Assembly (NCBI RefSeq): GCF_022539665.2
Contig: NC_081331.1
Span: 1,116,001 to 1,180,000, forward strand
Reading direction: 5' to 3'
DNA from: Daphnia carinata
Lineage: Eukaryota
DNA: 64,000 nucleotides
Within the stretch, counting starts at the first letter, position 1, and the number at the start of each line of letters is the position of its first letter. A program made the position numbers and the translations under genes. The notes beneath the pieces were generated by a model. That model worked only from the letters and a program-made list of their open reading frames with translations. It was not told where the DNA came from and ran no database searches. Below, piece by piece: positions 50,200 to 61,190 of this stretch.

Positions 50200-53100
50200 A
50201 TGGCTACAAATTGGTTGGCGTTCTGGATGCTGCTTTTATCCTGGTGTTGCCATCTCCTGCCGGCCGACACATTCAGGGCATTCGTGTTGGCCGAGAATGT
50301 CCGACTTGATTTGACCACGGCTAATGGATACCAGTGGCAAGCCTCTTTACCCAACGGCAGTAAGTCTCGCAGTTATGTAGCATCATAAAATAGAGCGAGT
50401 CAAAATTCATAGAAAACCCATGTTCTCAATCTTCTTCCTCCTCCCCTTTTTTCTTTATTTTTTCTTTAATCTGACCTTCTTACGTATACACGAATGACGA
50501 CTGTTTTTTTCAATCTATGGGACTAAATTATTATTTTTTTGTTTTGTTTTGTTTTCTCGTCTGCCTGACGAGATTTCTCTTCTATACTTCATTTCCTGGC
50601 TAAAAGTTATGCACAGTTTTTTCAAATGAAATTTTTCTTGTTTGACGCCCGGCACAACCAGGTTTGACTGTTGCGGGCCATGTTCCCGGCGGAATTTACA
50701 CGGATTTAGAGCGAGCCGGCATCCTCCAAGACGGCCCTCTCCTCTATCGTTTCAATGATGGCAATTACCGCTGGATAGCCTTCAACGACTGGAATTATGT
50801 GCTCGACTTTGACGGTATGATTTCGCTCGAACAAACCAGTCTTTCTATTCCTAGCATTAAGTAATCTTCAATTACTAAGGGAGGAGGATTACCTCCTCCA
50901 AGCCTAGCGATGTCTTCATTTCGAATTTTATTTTTAACGATCTTTTCAGTGGATCCTTTATTGGTGAATCAGCCGGGTGTTTTCTTGGTCCTCCACGGTG
51001 TCGACACCGTAGCACAAATAAGATTGAACGGATTCTTTTTAGGGGAAACAGACAACATGTTCGTCCGTTACCGATTCAACGTTCGTAACTTGCTCAAGGT
51101 GAGTGCGAGAGAAAGAGAGAGGGAGAGAGTAGTGAGAAAAAGAAATGAAGTACGAGGTACTTTGCATTATTATGCACATTGTAAAAAAAAAAGAAGAAAA
51201 AGAAAAGAAAAGTGATCTCGTTGAATGTGCCCTATAACTTCCAATGCGCTCCCCAGATTCGGACATTGAATTCTACGAACATGGCCAAAGACAGACTCGT
51301 ACAAAATAGAGAGCCCGAAATGATGTTGGCACGCCCTGCTCTAGTAGTATATAACTCGTAAAAATAAAAAGCGAATACCGTTAGATGCATGAATATTAGC
51401 TACGGATTTCTAATTGTTTCTTTTTTGCCGCTGACGTCCTTGTGTACAATACGATTCAAACAAGGCCTTGAACGGTTATGTTTTGAGCTGCCAGTCTTTT
51501 TATGTTTCGTTCTCTTTTGTTACCAGGGCACTTCAGACCAACACCCCCCCACCTCTCACGTCCGTTTTTGCTCTCCGTTTGTGTGTGTAGATCTAGCATT
51601 TAACAATTTTTGTTTGCAGCTTTTATTTCGATAGCATTGCACAACTGGCAAACGAATTTTGAGTACGACATTCACGAGATACAAGTGGATAACTAAAGTG
51701 AGTCAGGTCTGATCACATCAAGGTTGTCAACAGTCAGTGGACGGTGTCCTATCTTCCTATCTCTTCTTGTTTGAATCCCTTTTACTTTTTGTGGAAGGGG
51801 TGCGGGGTTAGCCCCAGCAACGAGTTCAGCTGTGAATTTCGGGACCCGCAGTCTGGCCAGTCTTTTGCCTTTCTTTGTTTTGTTTTCTTGTGCCAGACGT
51901 TTGCGTTCCATTATTCTTTTTTAGATAGACTCTCGATTTCAAGCCCTTTTGCCAATTCGATGCGAGCGCCCTGATTATAGCTCAGGTAACATTACCCCCC
52001 CCCCCCAAAAAAAAAAAAAAAAAAAAAAAAAAAACCCAACAAAACACGCTGTGTTGTTCCCATTCTTTTTCCATCTTTAGTCCACTTAGATTATGACATG
52101 CCGTGCAAACGTATAGGTTACACAAATGTAAATGAGGCTTGTGTTTCAAACGCTGGGGTCAGCTGTTGTCCTGCATCAAGCAACCCGTTTTGTTTTCGGG
52201 AAATTTCCCGAGAATATGTTGGTGCTAATCGTATGTCCTACAAGAAGTAGAAACTGTAGATGAAAGGGGGGAATAACGTAAATGTATAGACTTTGATTAT
52301 GGCTGAATGGCCTTGTCAGAAAGAACTGAACCAGAGAAAGTCCCAGGCCAAACAGAAGGGCCGTTGCCACCGTTGTAAACGCACGGTTCTGTCGTGTGTT
52401 CGATTTTCTGTTTCTTTCTCTTTTGGGAACACTGGCGTGAATTATGACGTGAAACACGAGATGAAATCCCCAAACCCCCGTCTCCCTTTTTCACCTTTTT
52501 GATTATAGATGAACGCGTAACTTGATTACACCTAGCCACGTATTTATCACAGGCGACACGTACATTGCGCATGGCTGTGCTTTGTGATGTTTACATTTTC
52601 TTTATATTTAAAAAATTGTTTTGGTCGGCGACAAACGTGTGCAGTCAAAAGATTCTCCGCGGACTGCATTTGGGCCACGTTGCTGGAATTCAATGCGGAC
52701 CTAATAGATCTGTATCTGTCGCGACCATGTGACCGACGGATGGCTATAGAAAAACAATGCGGGAGAGTTGGATTCCTTTTCGCAACTTTTATTGGACTTT
52801 TTTTTTTCTCTTGGCAAAGCGAGGCAAAATGAACCGTAAAATGGGAAATCCCATTACATCTTGTTTTGTTTAAAATGCAGTTGAGTGGTTTCCATATGTT
52901 CCCTTACAAGGCTTAAAGTAATCATCGCGTACGACCACCGTCTCCGTTTAATTCGTTCCCGTTTTCATTTCGTAATCGTAAATAATACGTTCATGCAAAC
53001 TTAATGGACTTTTAAAAGTTCACTCTGATTTCTCTACATTCCTTTCTTTTCTCTCAGCTTTTCGTGAAGCCACGGCCGTGTAAGATGGTTAAGATGAGAG

Positions 53101-56100
53101 AGAGTAGACTGCCTCTGTGTATGGTGTTGTCGTTCGTTGTCGCCGTTTTTCATTTGATTCTTAATTTTTGAACAAAGCCATCACGCAAATCGTGCCGTTC
53201 TTTTAAGCTCTTGTTTGCAGCCGCTTTTGTGTGCAGCTGCCCCTTTCTGTTTGAACTGCCAAGCGAAACTAAACGAAGGCAACAGGCACACGAGCGAGCC
53301 CGATCCATTTTTAGCAATACCAGTTGCAGCAGAACGGCTGCAAGAGAATCGTACCGTCACACAGGTCTAGACGAAGGCACTTTCTTACGTGCCATCCTTA
53401 AACACCGTGTTCCGTCCTTAATTCGAGGGAAATTATTCCCAAAACGCAGAGCGGGAGAAAACATGTCCAATTGAACGATTGCTTCATGTTAATCTTTATT
53501 GTTCACGTTTTTTAAAAAGTCATCTGCAATAGGGGCGCTCCATTGGGTTACTCGTTTCGAACCTCACATTACCGACCAATTCCACTAGCGATAGTTTGTC
53601 TACGCTTATCTTTTTAATTTTTTACAGAACCGTATCCACCGGACGAATTTTTTAATCGGAAAAAAACCGTCACCCAGAAAAAAGGAGCTAAAATGAAGGG
53701 GGGATTTAAATTCTAACGGGACTTCTTCCATAACAGCTGCCGTGATGCCTACCGGTTCCCATGTAAATAGAAGCGAACCGTTTAAACTTGCATTTACAAA
53801 TTCTGATATTTGTACGGCGCAGGGAGTCATGTAGCGTGCGTAAATTTTGAGATTGCACACACAGCAAGTGAGACGGCGCATATTTCCAGTTTGGGCCGGA
53901 ACGAAAGTGGTGGAATTTTTTGTCGAAAGTCCGCTAAGATTCGGACGACTAGGTTAATAGGGCAGCAACGTTCTATACGCATAGATCATTCCACTGATTT
54001 TGGCTGTCTTATTCTCTCAGGCCCAAGGCAATCAATTGCGTGTAGAGCTTCGATCGCCCGTCACCGTTTCGCGAAACAGGTACGAAGAACAGCTGATGGA
54101 TTATATCGTCCCACCGCGCTGCGTACCGCCAGAATATCAGGTGTGTTCGCCCTTTTTTTTCCCACGTGAATACATCATATTTTCTTACAGTCCGCTTCAG
54201 ATTTTGTGTTTAATTGATATTATTAAGAGTATCCTGTTCTAACAAGGTCTTAAAACATGATGTGCGAATAATGCACTAGTGCATGTCTTATGTTGCACCC
54301 TTAATAATCTTTTCTTGTCAAACGAAATTTGAAAAAAAGGGAGAATGCCACGCCAATTTCATCCGGAAAATGCAAGCCTCCTTCAGCTGGGATTGGGGGC
54401 CAGCTTTCCCGTCCATGGGTCTATGGTAGGTCTCCGTGTTATTACATTTACCTTCATCTTCCTTAATGATTTTTTAATCAAGACCTTTTGCGAAGACGAA
54501 GGCGATTAAACAAAAAGAGAAAGCAAGTTAATCAACTATTCTAATATTAAATTGCTGCCCAATCACGCAGGAAAGCTATCTCATTGGAAACTTATGAGAC
54601 GCTTACGCTAAGGGATGTTTACGTTGCAACTTCGCTCAATGACACCGACTGGCAGGTTGATCTCCGTTTGTACTGCGAGACGATTGACATCGGAGTATCG
54701 CACACTGGAACTTGGACTGTACGTTTGGTCGATAACAATGACGTCTTAATTCGTGAAATGGTGGCCGACAGTCTCCTTACTGGCAATGGAGATCGGGAAG
54801 CCACTGCCCAATACCAGCTGAAAATAGCAGCTGCTCAGGTCTGTTCTTATATTGGAAATTGTGTGTGAGGTGAGATGATGTATAATTTGATTTCTTAATT
54901 TAGATTGAGCCTTGGATGCCGAACGGTTACGGTAATCCAACCCTTTATAATTTGTCCGTTAGTTACGCGGTAAATGATAAAGTGGCCGTTACAAAAGAAA
55001 TACGAATCGGTTTCAGAACTGTCGCCCTAGTTGAGGACGACCTTCAAACAGGAGGTGAAGCAACATCTTCTTGCATTGATCTCGTTTTTAGAAAAAAACA
55101 GAAACAAAAATATGATGCTATAATGTCTCAATTGTCCACGCCCTTATTTTTTGTTCGCTGCATTTTTACGTGAAAATGAAATCCAGGTCGGACCTTTTAC
55201 CTACAAGTCAACGATGAACCTATATTTCTCAAAGGATCAAATTGGATTCCGGCAGATGTCCTACCGGAAGTCGTCACTTCCGAGTACCTTCGTGACCTTC
55301 TAACCTCATGCGTCGACGCCAACATGAACTCTCTCCGCGTCTGGGGTGGTGGGATTTACGAACAGGATGAATTTTATCAGGTCAATTGTTTTTTTGAACA
55401 TGTTTTAAAAACCATTATTTTCCATTCGAACGTTAGAAATGTCGTGTAATAATCATTTCTATTTTATTGGCCTCTGGCTGCATTAGATAGCCGATGAACT
55501 CGGCATACTGATTTGGCAGGACTTCATGTTCGCTTGTTCCATGTACCCGACGACCTCTTGGTTTCTGGAGTCGGTATCGGTCGAAGTCGTGCAGCAAGTC
55601 AGACGATTGCAGTACCATCCATCGGTCGTTCTTTGGGCGGGCAATAACGAGAACGAAGCGGCTCTGCGAGGAAATTGGTGAACCAATGAAAGCGAATATC
55701 AAGATCGATGTGGTTGCCTAATAAATGTTGTTGTGTGGTTTCTTATTTGCTTTAGGTACGGTACCATTGTCAATTTCGATCTCTATCGACAAGACTACAT
55801 CATCCTTTATGTCGACACCATTCGTGAAATCGTGCGCAGAGAAGATCCATCGCGACCGTTTGTCGTGTCGAGTCCGTCGAATGGCAAAGCCTCAGAAGAA
55901 GAAGGTCACATCGCTCGAGATCCTTACAGCGAACTCTATGGCGATGGTACGTAACATTTCGTATTCATATCTTATACGTGATTTCGGTTTAGCGAATTAC
56001 CTCCCGGCAAGTTTAAAAAAAAATTTATGTCTCTTATTAAAGTCCACCATTATAATTACTACGTCAATGCCTGGAACGCTTCGTCCTATCCGAAACCTCG

Positions 56101-57475
56101 AATGTCGACCGAATATGGATTTCAAGCTCTTCCGTCCGTTCACTCCTGGGCAGCCGTGACAGACCCATCCAATGACAACGACTGGTCCTTCAATGGCGCT
56201 CTTTTGTCTAACCGCCAACATCACCCGTTGGGCAACTTTGAAATGGAGTTGCAAGTCTCATCCAGATTTGGGTTACCGAAGAGCAATTTATCTACGAGGA
56301 CGGGGCTCCTCGACATGATGTACTTGACGCAGGTGTTTTTTTAAATGCCTTCTCATCAAAATCTTGGCGCTCATATTTAATATTGACCGTTTGGCTTCGT
56401 GAAATAGATGCACCAAGCGCAGGCCATTAAAACACAAACGCAACATTACCGTAGGCATCGCTACCAGTTAGCAGATGATGGAGCCGGTCTAACAATGGCT
56501 GCTCTCTATTGGCAACTGAACGACATTTGGCAAGCGCCTTCATGGGCCTCAATCGGTAAATATCCTGTATTACCATCAGCATTTGTTTTCCTCATTGCTT
56601 GAGAGTCTCGTATAATCGCCTTATCGAATCAAACAGAATACGGCGGTCGATGGAAACCCCTACACCATTTCGCCGTTGATTTTTTTGCTCCGCTTCTCGT
56701 TATCCTGACCGAATTGGGCGACGGTACCGTGGCTGCGTTCATTCATTTCGATCGGCGGCAAGATCTAGTTGTTGGTATACTGAATATTTTGATCCGCTCT
56801 TGGGACCGGCTTGATCCGTTGGCGACTTTCAGCTCACCAATCAATCAGGTTTGGCTCTAGACGCATTGGCGCCGATCGTTTTAGTTACCTAACAATTGGA
56901 ATTTTGTCTGGCAAAGGACGTGTTACCAGGCGAGCCCGTCTGGGTCCGATCGTTAACTGAATTGTTCAACGAAACAGATTGCACGCGGGAAAGCTGCTTT
57001 ATAACTAGTTCTTTCTCCGATCCTACCACTGGCCAGGAAAATATAGCTCCGCCTAATTATGTCTTCCTGACGTCTTTCCCAAATATCGCAAACATGCAGA
57101 TGGCTAATGTTCAGGTATTTGTTTTTATTAGCGGAGCTCCAGTTTTTTTTTGCGTTTCCTTATGCAAAAATAAGGGTAGTACAGAAAATGGTACAAATTG
57201 GTTTGCTCTAATTGCTGTTCTAGATCGTCGATGTTGGTACAGTTTATGCTACCGAGAAATCTGAATGGACCGTAAATGTTACGTTGGTTACCGATTATGT
57301 TGCTGCCTTTGTATGGATCGATGCCGGCCGCATTGCAGGTACTTTTTCAACCAATGGATTTTTGTTCTGCGAGCACTTCAAGACTATCAAGTTTTACTCG
57401 AAAACGGAAATTATCGACACAGAGGAATTCAAGAACGAATTGACATTGATTCATCTGTCGCAGATTATTCTGTAA
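50200..57475 (+). CDS. MANBA: Beta-mannosidase (glycoside hydrolase family 2), multi-exon
   Basis: Signal peptide [17 protein letters not shown]. Motifs [87 protein letters not shown] (acid/base), STEYGFQ (nucleophile) and [16 protein letters not shown]. First exons 50200-50359, 50662-50814, 50950-51098, 54021-54140; stop at 57475. Confidence 0.96.
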
Positions 57476-59499
57476 TGACTGTGGGCATGACTCATGTTCC
57501 TTTATCAATATTCTACATAAATATCCAAAGCTAAAATATGCAACTAAACCAATCGGTTTGTAAAGGCAATTTCGAATGTTTCGTTCTCTATCGAATGTTA
57601 TCTTTCCGTGCTGATCCCAACATACTGGTAAAAACACTTAATGGTCTGTGAATCAGAACTAAATGTGTAAAAGACACTTGCATTATGTCGTGGTAGTTCG
57701 TTAACTTCGTTGTCTTTGTATTTCTATCTGTACGTGTTCGTGTCCGGAAGAGTTTATCCATCCGCCAACTGGACAACAACAAGGGCAGCAAACATAATTA
57801 AGGTCACGTCCGGTTTATCAAGAGTTTTTTTTTCCGGAATGTTTGGCTTTCCATATTCTCAGAGTTTGACCAGCACGTCTAGATGAGGTTTTACGTAATT
57901 AACCTTCATAGGAAGGTTCGGTCGTGCGCATATGTATGGTGGAAAAAAGGCACAGCCTGGTTTCCCCTATCAATTTAATCACGCGGTCGAATTCTCGTTC
58001 AACAAGATCGTGTTTAGAAAAAAAAAGAGACAAGGTTTTCATTCTTTTTTGTTGACGAACAGGATATGCGTTCTATGGCAAAACCGTTCGTGGATTCGTC
58101 AATCGCTTTAACTAGCAAATATTGGAAATTTAGAAGGAAGTTTAATTGTTTTGGTAATGGTTTACCGTTTTTGTTGTGACTGTTCCAAAACACAAAAGGC
58201 AATACAAACCATTCATGCGTAATGATCGTGCTTGAGGGAGCTAGTAAGACCGAGCAATAAGCTCTCAACAAATTAGATTCCATCACGCAACAAACAAAAG
58301 GTAAAGAAAAATTCAATAAGCACTATGGCACGGAAAATTTCTAGTCCTAATTTTTCTTAGCCATTTCGTTTTCCCCCGAAAGTCTGGCATGCGGAACAGA
58401 AGACGACCCACCTGGAAATGCATAAAAAAAGACCAATTAATGTTACGGCGGTGTCCTCAATTTAGCTTCGATTTTATAACAGGTGAGACCTTTATTTACC
58501 ATGGACAGACATATTGTTTCCTTTTAAGCGCGACGCGGTGACCGACCGTTTTCCACAACATATTACCCGGGGCTTTTGCTAGAAAAGCGAACTAGAAGGT
58601 TTTAGACCTTAATAGAATACAGCGAATGTCTAGGGCGATATGCTGCACCAGGTATTACGACCTTTTCCCATGCACACCTGTCGGGGCGGCATAGGAATCG
58701 GCTGCCCCACATAACGATATTTAATATGCCTACTCGATCAGTGATTCGTAGCGGGGGTATCGTTAAATACCTTGTACGTCATAAACGTATCGAGGACTGC
58801 GAAAGTCCGACAACAGTTGGGAGAAATATTGTTATGGTTCTTCCAGTAACATGAACATATGAATAAAGAACCTTGCATTACCACCTAAACATTTTTGCAA
58901 TAAGGGGAAATAACGAGGAAACACACGTCTCGGAGATTCAACGTACATCAATAATAGGATTAATAGCCCTTCTGTGAAAAATCGATATCCCGATCCAGAC
59001 GTTTTTACGTTTAGCGCACAGGAGAGATCTCACTACCGATTTACTGCAGATGTATCCATACTTTCGGGTCTCATAGAACGTTTGTGCTGTAATGGCTCAC
59101 TCCACGTCGCAAAATTTCCTTGAAACTACGCAAACGAGATTTTTTTTAGTTTAACGTTTAGCTTTAGAAAATGGATAGATAGACCAACAAAGAGACTTCA
59201 TGGGATTTTGGCATTCTTGCTTTCTGTACAATTAACAAACAACGTACAACACATTATATATTTTTTTTACGGGCACAAACATTTTTGTTTTGCAATAAAA
59301 TACGGGCACAAACCCTAACCCTAAGAATATCAAAAAGGTATCGGAGAGGGTCACATAGCTCGATGATTAGCTGCCTGCATCCATGAACCGTCTTTCAGGC
59401 CATGGGGAGAACTTACGAACAACCTACAAGCTACGATCACCTCTTCTCTACCTGTGGGAATCAATCTTCAACATGTAGTGAACGGTACTACAGATCGAT

Positions 59500-59563
59500 T
59501 TGAAACGTCTGTATACGTCTGAAACGTCTGTATACGTGTGTGGTGTGTGTGTGTGTGTGTGTG
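59500..59563. repeat. 19-bp tandem duplication followed by a (GT)n microsatellite
   Basis: tgaaacgtctgtatacgtc tgaaacgtctgtatacgtg, then gtgtgtgtgtgtgtgtgtgt. Confidence 0.75.
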
Positions 59564-59604
59564 TTTTTTTAGTGTGCCATTTTAGCCCCTTTATAGTAGG
59601 CATG

Positions 59605-59876
59605 GCTCTTCATCTTCATCTTCTTTTTTCTTTCTTCTTTTTCATCTTTGTTTGTTCTTCCACTTTTTCTTCCTTCTTTTCTTTTTCTTTTTTCTTTCTT
59701 CTTTGTAGATGATGTCCGAAGCGATGAGGATGTAGAATCTTGCGAATCCGATGTGATGAAGATGATGTGATGATCTTGAATGATGAATTGGAGGGAGTGG
59801 AAGTTGGAGGTGGCGGGAATCGAACCCGGGTCTTCCGATTACAAGGGAGTGGCGATAACCACTGTGCCAGGACCGC
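59605..59876 (-). mobile_element. tRNA-derived SINE-like element (or tRNA pseudogene with an A-rich tail)
   Basis: Minus strand 59876-59805 is a 72-nt tRNA-sized head with A-box TGGCACAGTGG, B-box GGTTCGATTCC and a ...CACCTCCA end, but the acceptor and anticodon stems pair poorly. It is followed by about 100 nt of CAT-rich body and an (A/G)-rich tail at about 59705-59605. Confidence 0.65.
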
Positions 59877-61190
59877 ACATCCAAATCAAAACAATATTTG
59901 TTGGTCACCTGTTCAGGTACCTATAGCTGCTATAATGTATGTTGGTCACTTAAAGTATAGCGCTGTGGTATAGGTTGGGGCTCCCATTCGTTTTACTTGG
60001 GTTCGATTCTTTTGAATTTTATTTTTTTTTACGTGGTAATTAATGTAAATAATGAACCCAGCTAATGTGATCTCGAATTATTGTTTTTTGCTTTATCCCA
60101 TCGATATTTATTTATTTTTAAAATATGTTTTTTATATCACAGTTTCGAGAGGTTGCCAATTTTCTAGATAACGAATACAACAGCGCATGGGGGAAGGGGG
60201 ATAAAAAAAAATCCATGATGCCGCTGCTTAGTGGTTATCCCGCGTTTTTTTATCCCTTTTTTTTTTTTTTTTAGCGCTGCAATTTTTGTTCGCGGTAAAT
60301 GCCATTGCAACGGCGTAAGTTTTGGTACGCGTGAAGGAAGGGGGTAGAAAACAGCCCTTTACGAAAATAAAAGTGGTTCAAAACTTTTCCCGCCATTTGC
60401 ATGGGGTTCGATATCAGTTCAATTCCTGACTCCCCAAAAGACACATGCAGTGTAAAAACCAACATGGCCCATTTCAGCATCGACGGTTTTATTATTGGAA
60501 CGCGCGAGTGAAGCTAAAGCAGTCCAGGAGGATCGCTAGAGTACGCGTCGGAATTAAGGTCAGTGCAGAAACCGTATATATCTAACCTGTAACTGGGTGG
60601 CCATTACTTAGTTCGTAAGACGTCAATTTCAAATTGCAGCAATGCAATGTTCATGAGTAAAGGAAAATGTACATTAAAGAGTCATGTGGATCGCAACAAC
60701 ACTCCAGGTATAAAAATTGAGAACGTTACATTGAATGTCCTCCACTGGCAGGAGGGTGGGGTAAAGCTCATTACTTATTCGTACTAGTACGTTATTCGTA
60801 CTCTTTTTCTTGTTTTTTTATATAGTATAGATACCTTTCCCATGACCTCGAAGTCAGAGGCACGGAGTTCTTCTTCACTTTTGGACCTTCCCGTACGTGC
60901 TCCTTTAGTCATGCTTCATGCTCCGATGTTATCGATCTTTTAACGCCGTCTGCTAATCCATACAGTTCTGCAGTCTTGACAAGTTGCTGTCTGAACTGTC
61001 TAACCCAACTTTATAAATACGAAAGTAATAAAAGAATAAGAAGTATACTTTTTCAATGGCTTAACGTTTGCGCATTTTGAGTACTCGTCGAACTGGTAAA
61101 CATCCTTTTGTCCTTGTCCTGTAATTTAGCAAAGTCATACAAATTTTGTGGGGTATTACAGGATTGAACCAAAGTGCATAAGGCTTCAAA

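Noticed and set aside
39799..50200. CDA5 and MANBA as a divergent carbohydrate-enzyme cluster
   Set aside because: About 10 kb apart, with different substrates and compartments (cuticle versus lysosome); no sequence evidence of co-regulation.
59311..59324. AACCCTAACCCTAA telomere-like repeat
   Set aside because: Only two units; expected by chance.
59805..59835. GACCCGGGTTCGATTCCCGCCACCTCCA resembles a bacterial tmRNA or tRNA 3' end (integration site or horizontal transfer)
   Set aside because: Equally like a eukaryotic tRNA-Ala T-arm, and an A-box lies at normal tRNA distance. No tmRNA body, integrase or bacterial genes nearby.
59805..59876. Functional tRNA gene
   Set aside because: Acceptor and anticodon stems are mispaired and no oligo-T terminator follows.
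59913..59930. TCAGGTACCT similar to the 5' end of miR-275
   Set aside because: Only 10 nt match; the remainder diverges and no convincing precursor hairpin is evident.
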